DNA of 64,000 bases from positions 111,637-175,636 of the forward strand of contig CAZXSK010000001.1 of NCBI GenBank assembly GCA_964642855.1, in the 5' to 3' direction. Under the pieces are notes generated by a model. It did no database searches, was not told where the DNA came from, and saw only the letters and a program-made list of their open reading frames with translations. Positions 1-8,348 of this stretch are shown here, piece by piece. A program made the translations under genes and the position numbers. The stretch's first letter is position 1. The number at the start of each line of letters is the position of its first letter. The stretch comes from an uncultured Planctomycetaceae bacterium (GTDB lineage Bacteria > Planctomycetota > Phycisphaerae > SM23-33).

Positions 1-402
1 GTCGTCGACGTCGTACGTTCCGGACGTTTCGTTGACGACCTCCCAGATCGCCACGCCCAGCGCCGCGGCGGTCGTGCGGTCGCTTGCCTGCATCGAGTAC
101 GTCTCGAACAGGTACGCCGCGAACTCTCCGCCAGCCAGCGTGTCATACGATACCGGCGTCACCTCGGTGGTGCCGACCCATTGGTTGATGTCTACGCAAT
201 ACCCGAGATAGTCCTCGCCCTCCCACTGCACGCGGAGTTGACCGGCCTTGACCAGGCGGTTGTTGGCCAGCGCACCCTCGGCGTGGATCTTGACGTTCTC
301 CGTCAGGCCGGTGCCTTTGTACTGCATCATCGAGGCGGACGAGACGGCGGGAACGGCGGCGATAGCGAGAATCACGAGCGAAAGCGAAAGATTACGAAGC
401 AT
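1..402 (-). CDS. secreted hypothetical protein, partial (N-terminus at 402, C-terminus beyond window); possibly a PEP-CTERM-type N-terminal domain
   Basis: Reverse-strand ATG at 400-402 gives MLRNLSLSLVILAIAAVPAVSSA (signal peptide). Translation then runs to the window edge without a stop. YCVDINQW and AIWEVVNE motifs are reminiscent of small PEP-CTERM proteins. Not in the ORF track because it is partial. Confidence 0.45.
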   Translation of the reverse strand, partial: MLRNLSLSLVILAIAAVPAVSSASMMQYKGTGLTENVKIHAEGALANNRLVKAGQLRVQWEGEDYLGYCVDINQWVGTTEVTPVSYDTLAGGEFAAYLFETYSMQASDRTTAAALGVAIWEVVNETSGTYDVDD

Positions 403-595
403 GTGGGGCTCCTTAAGCCAGACGGATATCTTCACGGTGTTCGGCTCCATTGCCTTGTACCCGAACGCTACGATTCACCCCCGGGGCGGGCAAATCGCTC
501 CGCACATTTTCCGCCCTCCACTCGCCCCCGAAACCGCGGCACGGCGTGGGTGTTCCATCAGCAAACCCGCCACGGCCCGACCGAAAGGACCAGCC

Positions 596-1636
596 ATGAC
601 GAGACACGCCGGGGAAATACACAGCCTCCTTCTGGCAGCCACCCTTGCGCTGCTCGCCGCCGCGGGGCACTGTCTCGCCGCAGGCGACGAGTCCCACGAC
701 GCCAACGAACCCGCCGACGCCAACGAGCCGGCCTTCGTCTTCGAAACCGAATCCGACCCGAACGTCCTCACGCCCACCGCCCACTACCCCGACAAGGCGT
801 CCGGGGGCGAGCGCAAAGCCCTCGATGCCCTGGCCGCGGAGGTCCGCGGGCGGTTCGCCTGGTCCCGGAAAGGGAAGGTCTACGCGACCATCCTGGGCGA
901 CTGGAGGCCGGTCGATCTGGGCCGCGGCGAGTTCATCCGCATCGCCCCCGACGGCAAACGCTTCGCGGTCTACCACAAGGGAGACATCTACGTCGTGGAC
1001 CCCAATGGCCGGCGGGAAAAGGTGGCAGGCGGCGCGGATTCCAAACACGGCTGTCCCATCGACTTCCACCCCGACAACCGGCGGATCGTCTTCTGGACCT
1101 CCAGGCATGGATTCCGCACCGTCGACGTGAATACCGGCGACGTGGAGACTCTCGATCTACCCGGCAAATACACCGGCTCGCCCGGATTCTCGGCCGATGG
1201 CACGAAGATGACCGTCCGCGATGGCGGGAACCTCTACGCCATCGACGTCGAGCGGAAACGCCACCGCAAGTACGCCCGCGGCTGCTCGCCCGGCGTCTCG
1301 CCGGACGGCGAACTGCTGATGAACAACACCGGCGGCCACCGGACGATGGACATCCGTACGTGGGAAGGTAAGAAGAAGCGGCGCATCGACGTGCGCACCT
1401 GCAAGCCGGACCGGTCGTGGGACAACCACCACTGGTCGAACCACGACGATTACATCGCCGCCCAGGGCGACGGCAAGGGCCACGAGTCGTACGTGGTGAA
1501 GATCTCGGAGAACCGCTGCACCCGCATCACGTTCGCGGGCAAGACGGCGTATCCGGATGTCTGGATCGCCCCGCCCGTCGAGGAAAAAGAAGCCTCCCAG
1601 GACCGGGACGACGAGGAGGAGTCCGGCCAGACGTAG
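596..1636 (+). CDS. secreted TolB-like / PD40 WD40-like beta-propeller protein
   Basis: Internal ATG of track ORF 248..1636. N-terminus MTRHAGEIHSLLLAATLALLAAAGHCLAAG is a signal peptide. Repeated PD40-like units are present (IAPDGKRFAV, FHPDNRRIVF, SADGTKMTV, VSPDGELLM). Acidic C-terminal tail. Confidence 0.6.
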   Translation: MTRHAGEIHSLLLAATLALLAAAGHCLAAGDESHDANEPADANEPAFVFETESDPNVLTPTAHYPDKASGGERKALDALAAEVRGRFAWSRKGKVYATILGDWRPVDLGRGEFIRIAPDGKRFAVYHKGDIYVVDPNGRREKVAGGADSKHGCPIDFHPDNRRIVFWTSRHGFRTVDVNTGDVETLDLPGKYTGSPGFSADGTKMTVRDGGNLYAIDVERKRHRKYARGCSPGVSPDGELLMNNTGGHRTMDIRTWEGKKKRRIDVRTCKPDRSWDNHHWSNHDDYIAAQGDGKGHESYVVKISENRCTRITFAGKTAYPDVWIAPPVEEKEASQDRDDEEESGQT

Positions 1637-1800
1637 ACTCCCGATGCCGTCGCCGGGAACCACGAAGCCGTGGTGTTACTCCGATCTGCCTCCACGCCCG
1701 GCCCGCAGCCTCGGCGGCCAGGTCCTTGAGACCATCGGGCAAATCGTGTATCTGTGCGGAACCCGGGCCAGCGCAGCACATCAGCGAAGGAGACCGACGT

Positions 1801-3543
1801 ATGGCTGCATCGCGCGCGCAGTGGATCGATGACCTTCTCGGAGACATGGACCTCCGCCGGAAGATCGGACAGGTGCTGGTGTTCGGCTTCTGCGGCCCGG
1901 TGATCACCCCGGACGTGGTCGAACTGATCCGCACATGGCACGTCGGCGGCCTGCGAGTGAGCCTGAAATTCCGCTCGATGAATCTCTTTCACGACGTCAA
2001 GCCGGGCACCCAGCCGGAGGAGTGGACGTTGCGGTCCATGCATCTGCCGGAAGGCCCGAACCGGGACTACGCTTTCACCAAGCCCTCCACGCACTGCACG
2101 CCGGCTGAATACGCGACCACCCTCAACACGCTGCGCCAGCTGGCGATGGAACGCGCCGGCGGCGCCCCGATTCATTTCACCATCGACCAGGAAGGCTCGG
2201 CCTCGGACGACCTGATCTGCGGCCAGAAGCTCTTTCCCCACCCGATGGGGCTCACCGCCTCCGGCGACCCGGAGTTGGCCTATCGCACAGCCCTGTGCAT
2301 CGGCAAGCAGGCCCGGGCGGTCGGGATCAACATGATTCACTCGCCCGTGCTGGACGTGAACACCAACCCGCGCAACCCGGAGATCGGCACGCGAGCCTAT
2401 TCCGATACTCCCGACGACGTGATCCGCTACGCAACCCGGTCGATGGAAGGCTTCCTCGAAGCGGGGATGATCCCTACCGGCAAGCACTTCCCGGGACGAG
2501 GCGAGTCGATCTCCGACGCCCACTGGGGCCTGCCCTCAGTGGACCTCCCGGCCGGGGAACTCCGCGAGGTGCACCTGGCGCCCTACCGGGCGATGATCGA
2601 CGCCGGACTGCCCGCGATCATGATGGCCCACTGCCTCTACCCCGCCCTGGGCGTGACCGACGAACCGTCCAGCTGCAGCCGGCCTCTGATCCAGGAACTG
2701 CTGCGAGGCGAGCTGGGCTTCAAAGGCGTCATCACCACCGACAACATGATGATGGGCGGGCTGCTGCAGAAATACGAACTCCGCGAGGCCGTGCTGCGAA
2801 CCCTCCAGGCGGGGTGCGACCTCGTGCTGCTTCGGGATGAAAGCCCCCTGCGCTGGAAGATCTGCGATTCCCTGGAACAGGCCGTCCGGGACGGGCGGCT
2901 TCCTGAAAACGAGCTCGACGAGAAAGTCCGGCGTATCCTGGGCATGCGATGGGACATGGGTCTTGCGGAGAACGGCGGGAAGGTCGACCCGGCCGGGGCA
3001 GGCGATCCGATCCACGATCCCGTCGTCTCCACGACCGCCCGCGAAGCTGCCGAGCGGAGCATCCTGCTGGTGCGGGACGAGCGGAACCTCCTTCCCCTGG
3101 ACCCGGGCAGGAGGATTCTGCTGGTCGAGCAGGTTTTCCCAACCCACGAAATGGCCAACAACATGGACTGTCACCCCGGCCTGCTGTGGGAGGAAATGCT
3201 GACGATCGACCCGGACGTCGCCAGCGTGGAGATCCACAACGTGCCCACCGATGACGATCGGGCCCGCGTCCGCAGGCGTCTCGACGAAGCCGACATCGTG
3301 GTAGCGACGAATTACTACTACCACAAGGCGGCGTCGAGCAACTCGGAGCTCTGCCGTGAGATCCTCGCGGCAGGAAAGGAGCTCGTGATCGTATCCAACA
3401 CGCCGTACGAGCTGGGCGCCCCGGCCGATCTGCCTGCGGCCATCGCGGTATTCAACCCCGGCGGGCGCGAGCACTGTCGCGCCGCAGCAGAGCTGATCTA
3501 CGGAAAGCTCACGCCGTCGGCCTCCCTGCCGGTGAAGATCTGA
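1801..3543 (+). CDS. glycoside hydrolase family 3 (beta-N-acetylhexosaminidase/beta-glucosidase-like)
   Basis: GH3 N-terminal domain motifs KHFPGRGESISDAHWGLPSV, HSPVLDVNTNPRNPEIGTRAYS and MMAHCLYPAL. Start chosen at MAASRAQWIDDL, internal to track ORF 1417..3543. Confidence 0.85.
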   Translation: MAASRAQWIDDLLGDMDLRRKIGQVLVFGFCGPVITPDVVELIRTWHVGGLRVSLKFRSMNLFHDVKPGTQPEEWTLRSMHLPEGPNRDYAFTKPSTHCTPAEYATTLNTLRQLAMERAGGAPIHFTIDQEGSASDDLICGQKLFPHPMGLTASGDPELAYRTALCIGKQARAVGINMIHSPVLDVNTNPRNPEIGTRAYSDTPDDVIRYATRSMEGFLEAGMIPTGKHFPGRGESISDAHWGLPSVDLPAGELREVHLAPYRAMIDAGLPAIMMAHCLYPALGVTDEPSSCSRPLIQELLRGELGFKGVITTDNMMMGGLLQKYELREAVLRTLQAGCDLVLLRDESPLRWKICDSLEQAVRDGRLPENELDEKVRRILGMRWDMGLAENGGKVDPAGAGDPIHDPVVSTTAREAAERSILLVRDERNLLPLDPGRRILLVEQVFPTHEMANNMDCHPGLLWEEMLTIDPDVASVEIHNVPTDDDRARVRRRLDEADIVVATNYYYHKAASSNSELCREILAAGKELVIVSNTPYELGAPADLPAAIAVFNPGGREHCRAAAELIYGKLTPSASLPVKI

Positions 3544-3613
3544 CCGGCTGGCAAGGAGCTTGCCGCATCTTCGGTAGCCGGGCATCTTCCGAAGGCTGTC
3601 GGCGAGGGATCGG

Positions 3614-5032
3614 TCACACCGTCGGGTCGGCCAGACCGTCCGACGGCGGGGGCACGTAATCGGGGTTCGGCTGGGGGATGCGGGCCTCGACGGCGTCCAG
3701 CCACTCATGCAGCATCGCGCGAAGTCGCCGGGCGTCGTCGGGGCGGCTGCCGGCCAGGTTGGTCGTCTCGCTGACGTCGTTGCGCAGGTCGTAGAGCTCC
3801 AGGTGGTTGTCCTCGAAGAACTCGATGAGCTTCAGGTCGCCGCAGCGGACCGAACACGCCGGCTTTCCTCCCTGGTTGCTGTAGTGCGGGTAATGCCAGA
3901 AGATCGCGTCGCGATCGAGCGAATCTCCCCCGCGCAGCAGGGGCATGAGGCTCACGCCGTCGCGATGCTGGTCGGGCAGCGGGTCCAGGCCGGCTGCCTC
4001 CAGGAACGTCGGATAGAAGTCCGGGCTGGTGACGGGCACGTCGCAGAGGCTGTCTGGCTCGACCACGCCCGGCCAGCGGATGAGCATCGGCTCGCGCGTG
4101 CCGCCCTCGTACATCCACCCCTTGCCCTCCAGCAGCGGCGCGTTGCAGGTGGGGCTGCTCTCTGCGGAGCTCAGCCCGCCGTTGTCGGACGTGAACACCA
4201 CGATGGTATCGTCAGCCAGGCCCTGGGCGTCGAGGGAGTCCAGCACCCGGCCGATGTTTTCGTCGAGGCTCTGGACCATCGCCGCGTAGACCGGGTCGGA
4301 CTGGAACAGCCGCCGCTGGATGTGCTGATCCTTCTTGTGATCGCAGGGGAAGTGCTCGCCCTCCTCGAACGGGTCGATCTTGTCGAGCCCCAGCGACGCC
4401 GCCTTGCGGCGGTACTTCTCGATGAGGTGCTCCTTGGCCTGGATCGGCACGTGCACGGAGTAGTAGCAGAGATTCAGGAAGAACGGCTTGTCGGGGTCGC
4501 GCTGCTCGATGAGCCCGACGGCTTCATCGGTGAGGCGGTCGGTGAGGTACTCGCCTTCCGGCCCGTCGGGGAGGCGCGGATTGCCCCACGGGCTGAAATA
4601 GCCCTGTTTGGGCATGCCGTCGGAGAAGCCGCCGATGTTGACGTCGAAGCCCTGGTGCTCCGGCCAGTAGGGTTCGTCGCCCAGATGCCACTTGCCCACA
4701 TGCCACGTCGCGTATCCGCCGTCGCGCAGGGCGCTGGCAAGGGTGTGTTCTTCGAGTGGGAGGTAATGCAGGTATGGCGACGAGAGCAGCTTGCCCGAGC
4801 CCATGCCCGCGATGAAGTTGGTGATCGGCAGTGCAGCCGGGTACTTGCCCGTCAAGATACTCGCCCGGGTCGGCGAGCAGACCGGGGCCGCAGCGTAGCC
4901 GTCGGTGAAGCGCATGGATTGCATCGCGAGGCGATCGAGATTGGGCGTTTCGTAGAAGCTCGATCCCTGGAAGCCCGTGTCCATCCATCCCATGTCGTCG
5001 ATGAGGATGAACACGATGTTCGGCTGGGGCAT
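3614..5032 (-). CDS. arylsulfatase-family sulfatase
   Basis: MPQPNIVFILIDDMGWMDTGF followed by the CSPTRASILTG sulfatase signature (C-x-P-x-R). Full length, 472 aa. Confidence 0.9.
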   Translation of the reverse strand: MPQPNIVFILIDDMGWMDTGFQGSSFYETPNLDRLAMQSMRFTDGYAAAPVCSPTRASILTGKYPAALPITNFIAGMGSGKLLSSPYLHYLPLEEHTLASALRDGGYATWHVGKWHLGDEPYWPEHQGFDVNIGGFSDGMPKQGYFSPWGNPRLPDGPEGEYLTDRLTDEAVGLIEQRDPDKPFFLNLCYYSVHVPIQAKEHLIEKYRRKAASLGLDKIDPFEEGEHFPCDHKKDQHIQRRLFQSDPVYAAMVQSLDENIGRVLDSLDAQGLADDTIVVFTSDNGGLSSAESSPTCNAPLLEGKGWMYEGGTREPMLIRWPGVVEPDSLCDVPVTSPDFYPTFLEAAGLDPLPDQHRDGVSLMPLLRGGDSLDRDAIFWHYPHYSNQGGKPACSVRCGDLKLIEFFEDNHLELYDLRNDVSETTNLAGSRPDDARRLRAMLHEWLDAVEARIPQPNPDYVPPPSDGLADPTV

Positions 5033-5480
5033 GCTGGTTCCTTTCGTACTGGCTGGCCGGAGTTCAAGCGGGCCAGTCTACACCGCAGCGGCGAATCGGG
5101 CAATCCTGTGGTTCGAGCGCCGGGAACACGCCCCCCGTCCGGGAGGGATGCGATCCGCGGAACCTGGATCGACCCGCGATACGGCCGCTGCTTCTTCCAC
5201 GGAGGAAGGCGGGGCCGCCGCATGGAGCTGGCCGGTGTGGATAATGAGGACATTGGGTTTCATCGGCAGTCTCCGTTCTGCAGTACCTGCCGCCGGTGAG
5301 CTCCGGGTGCGGATTGTGCGCATCCTGCAGGAATCGCCGCAGCGGGATGACGGTCATTCCCAACCGCTGCGAAAAAAATGCCTCGGGCCTCGCCTGGGCG
5401 AACAGACGGACCGGGAAAGACTTACCCTCGGAGGCAGGCCGGTTGGCATTCGTAACGGCGGTTTTGGCGATGCAGCGCTC

Positions 5481-5508
5481 TTGACCTTTCCGGCTGATGG
5501 GGGATAAT
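5481..5508 (+). promoter_or_regulatory. near-consensus sigma70-type promoter (TTGACC-N16-GATAAT)
   Basis: TTGACC at 5481-5486 and GATAAT at 5503-5508. Such an AT-rich consensus pair is rare in this GC-rich DNA. No convincing ORF lies downstream before the terminator at 5799-5833. Confidence 0.3.
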
Positions 5509-5798
5509 AGATGCAGGTGTTGGGCCATTTGGGGGTCGCATCGGCCCGTCGTAACGCCTCGGCTGTACACGTCGTAGGAAGTCATGCGTGACATGGAATT
5601 CGCGCGAAGTACAAGTGTGGTTGGTTTTCTGTCTGCGGAGTGTCCGCGCGAAACGGATCTCGCCCACCTCCACAGGGGCTTTGGCCCGCCCAACCCGTTG
5701 GCTGCATCGACAATCTGATCCATTGCGCTCCCGGTTCGTTTCCGCGTCCGTTCGGGTGCGATCGCGATTCAAGCGTTTGGGAAGGAGACGCGGATAAA

Positions 5799-5833
5799 GC
5801 CCGTCGGTCATCGAAGCGACGGGCTTTTTCTTT
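5799..5833. terminator. intrinsic terminator hairpin, bidirectional (GCCCGTCG-N10-CGACGGGC followed by TTTTTCTTT)
   Basis: Perfect 8-bp GC stem. On the plus strand it is followed by TTTTTCTTT. On the minus strand it sits 6 nt after the gltX stop and is followed by TTT. Confidence 0.6.
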
Positions 5834-5838
5834 GCCCT

Positions 5839-7302
5839 CTACCCGTCGGCCTGCTCTCGCAGCGCGAGGCATCGATCGATCCGCGCCAGCGTGCTGTCCC
5901 TGCCCAGCATCACCAGTGTCTGGTAGATCGACGGACTGATCGTGCTGCCCGTCACCGCCACTCGCAGCGGCTGGGCGACCTTGCCCATGCCCAGCTCGTT
6001 GGCCTGGCAGTATTCGCCGATCGCCTGCTCCAGCGCGTCGGCCGAGAAGTCCACGCCAGTCAGCATCTCCCGAAGATCGGCCAGCACGTCGTAGCCGGCA
6101 CCTTCGTTCTTCCGCAGCACCTTCTTGACGGCCTTGGGCTGATACTCGTACCCATCGTCGGGCCCGAACAGCACGGCTACCTTGTCCACGATGTCCTGGA
6201 ACGTCCGGAAGCCACGATTCGATGAAATCAGCATTCGCAGCGTCTGCTCGTCGTCCGGCAGCGGCGTGTCGTTGAGGCTCAGGAAATCCCGGAAACCCGC
6301 CAGCAGACGGTCTTCGTCGGCCTCGGCGGCTGCGTCGGTGTTGAAGGCCAGCAGCTTGTCTCGGTCGAACTTCGCATTGCTCCTGCCAAGGCCCGACACG
6401 CTGAACGCCTCGACCAGCTCGGCGAGCGTCATCTTCTCGCGGTTCCCCCCCGGCCTCCAGCCGAGCAGCGCGATGAAGTTCACCAGCGCCTCGGGCAGAT
6501 AGCCCCGCCTGCGGAAGCTGAAAACGTCCACGTCGCCGTCGCGCTTCGAGAGCTTTCGGCCCTGCATGTCCATGATCAGGGGCAGGTGCATGAACTTCGG
6601 CTCGGGCAAGCCCAACGCCTCACGCAGCACCGACTGCCGCCACGTCTGACCGAGGAACTCCTGGCCTCGGCAGACCATGTTCACGCCCATCAGCGCGTCG
6701 TCAATGACGTTCGCGAGGTAAAACGTCGGCCAGCCGTCCGCCTTGCGGATCACGAAATCTTCCATCTCGCTGCCCGGTGTGGTGACCTCGCCGAACGCTT
6801 CGTCGACGACCGTCACGTCCTGGCCGGGACACAGAAACCGCACCACGACCGGCCTGCCTTCGGCCTCGGCCTTCTCCGCGTCTGCCTTCGTGGGCAGCGT
6901 CTCCGGACGAGGGTACCGGAATCCGCCCGTCTCGGCCTGGGCCTTCTTGCGCATCGCGTCGAGTTCCTCAGCCGTCTCGAACGCATAGTACGCCTTGCCC
7001 TCCGCCAGCAGGCGGTCGAGATACTCGCGGTACACGTCCAGCCGCTCCGACTGGCGGTACGGCCCGTTCTCGCCGCCGACCTCGACACCCTCGTCCCATT
7101 CGATGCCCAGCCAGCGGAGGTCCTCGATGATCTTGCCGACGGCTTGTTCGTCGTGCCTCGCCCGGTCAGTATCCTCGATCCGCAGCAGCATCGTCCCGCC
7201 GCTCTTGCGGGCCAGCAGGTAGTTGAACAGCGCCGTACGCGCTCCGCCGACGTGCAGATGACCCGTCGGCGAGGGGGCAAATCGTGTCTTGATCGGTTCC
7301 AT
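5839..7302 (-). CDS. gltX: glutamate--tRNA ligase
   Basis: MEPIKTRFAPSPTGHLHVGGARTALFNYL (HIGH region) and KLSKRDG (KMSKS region). Confidence 0.95.
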   Translation of the reverse strand: MEPIKTRFAPSPTGHLHVGGARTALFNYLLARKSGGTMLLRIEDTDRARHDEQAVGKIIEDLRWLGIEWDEGVEVGGENGPYRQSERLDVYREYLDRLLAEGKAYYAFETAEELDAMRKKAQAETGGFRYPRPETLPTKADAEKAEAEGRPVVVRFLCPGQDVTVVDEAFGEVTTPGSEMEDFVIRKADGWPTFYLANVIDDALMGVNMVCRGQEFLGQTWRQSVLREALGLPEPKFMHLPLIMDMQGRKLSKRDGDVDVFSFRRRGYLPEALVNFIALLGWRPGGNREKMTLAELVEAFSVSGLGRSNAKFDRDKLLAFNTDAAAEADEDRLLAGFRDFLSLNDTPLPDDEQTLRMLISSNRGFRTFQDIVDKVAVLFGPDDGYEYQPKAVKKVLRKNEGAGYDVLADLREMLTGVDFSADALEQAIGEYCQANELGMGKVAQPLRVAVTGSTISPSIYQTLVMLGRDSTLARIDRCLALREQADG

Positions 7303-8221
7303 CGCTTCAGCCTTTCGTCTCGGTTGAGTTCGCTGAATTCCTGATCATGCCCGCAGCCCCCCGGCCTGTCAACTGCCCGGCCGATTCCAATCGACCTCCC
7401 GACGGTCGACTGACCATCCCAGCCAGCGGCCATTCCCGATCCCGCCGGAGACCCAAACGGCCGAAGTCCAGAAGCGGCCATTCGTTGCACACATATTCGT
7501 CTGTCGCGATCTGTTCAGGGCCGGCCACGGCCGGCAGCGGCCGGCAGGAATTGGCCGTGGCGGCACCCAGCCGGCAAGAACTGGCAAGGGCCGGCAAGAA
7601 CGGTACAGTTCCGTACAGTTCCGTGCAGGACCCCCTGAAACGCGGTGGAAGCCCCCACAACGCGACGCCCGTTCGACGACGATCTCCCACGGACACAACC
7701 GCTTGGCTTTTGGCTGTCCGATGTCCGGGAATGCTTCCCATAGGATATCCCAACTCGCTGGCGATTTCTGGGCCGCGTTGCGGTGCGAACCCGAAGACTC
7801 GCTGGCTGCGCTGCCGTGCGCAGCGCGAAGATGAACTCTCTACCCTTTCCCCCCGCGCCCCACAAATGTCGAAGCCATCCGTTCCGAAAACCGCGACCGG
7901 TTCCCGGCAACGCGCTGCATGCCGGGGGAGTTACACAAATCCGATTTCTGCGCGAGGGTTCGGGATCCCCCGGAGCCGCCGGCGCGCGCCAACGGCTCCG
8001 GAAAGGACCCTGCCCGTGGAGTTCGCGATTGACGCGAATGAAAATGCGACGGAGGCCCGCAGGGCCGAGGCAGGAAAAGCCCCGGGTGTCCTTCGACGTT
8101 GCTCAGGATGGCATCCAAAGCGAGACCCCGGGGGCGGGCAGCTCGCCCGAGACCTCCCAACAGCTCGCTGGAAAACCGCGGTCCTTCCCGAAGCCTGTTT
8201 GCAGAGCGGCAATACGTACAC

Positions 8222-8332
8222 GCCCTGCAAACAGGGCGGTCAGCGCGCAGAGCGATGCCGGACCCTGGGGTCGGAGGGCCCGGCATCGCGTGGGATCACG
8301 GACCGGTCGGAACGGGAGCCGACCGGTCCGTG
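8222..8332. terminator. three consecutive GC-rich stem-loops immediately downstream of the MCP gene; putative transcription terminator or RNA-stability structure
   Basis: Stem-loop 1 at 8297-8332 is CACGGACCGGTCGG-N8-CCGACCGGTCCGTG, a perfect 14-bp stem. Stem-loop 2 at 8254-8287 is GATGCCGG-N18-CCGGCATC. Stem-loop 3 at 8222-8239 is CGCCCTG-caaa-CAGGGCG. No U-tract follows any of them. Confidence 0.3.
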
Positions 8333-8348
8333 GATGCGGGTTCAGCAA

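Noticed and set aside
181-1371. Long Arg/Pro-rich ORFs on alternative frames or the antisense strand. Examples are 181..1371, 7347..8435, 9579..11051, 22038..24044, 27805..28830, 50290..52104 and 58104..59684.
   Set aside because: Their composition is typical of out-of-frame translation of high-GC coding DNA. Each overlaps a gene with strong family motifs on the other strand or frame. None has a plausible start context.
5078-5323. Small minus-strand ORF with MKPNVLIIHTGQL, resembling a sulfatase N-terminus (NVLIIHTDQ...).
   Set aside because: Only about 12 residues resemble the family and the CxPxR signature is absent. The rest is Arg/Pro-rich junk. At most it is a decayed remnant, so it is not called as a gene or pseudogene.
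7520-7640. Short tandem repeats considered as a possible CRISPR array or minisatellite.
   Set aside because: The units are 8-11 bp, with 2-3 imperfect copies and no spacer-repeat periodicity. This is not a CRISPR. It is kept only as a low-complexity feature inside a larger finding.
7303-8348. Checked the 1-kb intergenic region for RNase P RNA, tmRNA, SRP RNA and 6S RNA.
   Set aside because: Signature motifs (AGGAAAGTCCGG and ACAGAANCCGGCTTA for RNase P, GGGGCTGATTCTGGATTCGACGGG for tmRNA, the SRP domain IV consensus) are absent. A covariance-model search would be needed to exclude them formally.
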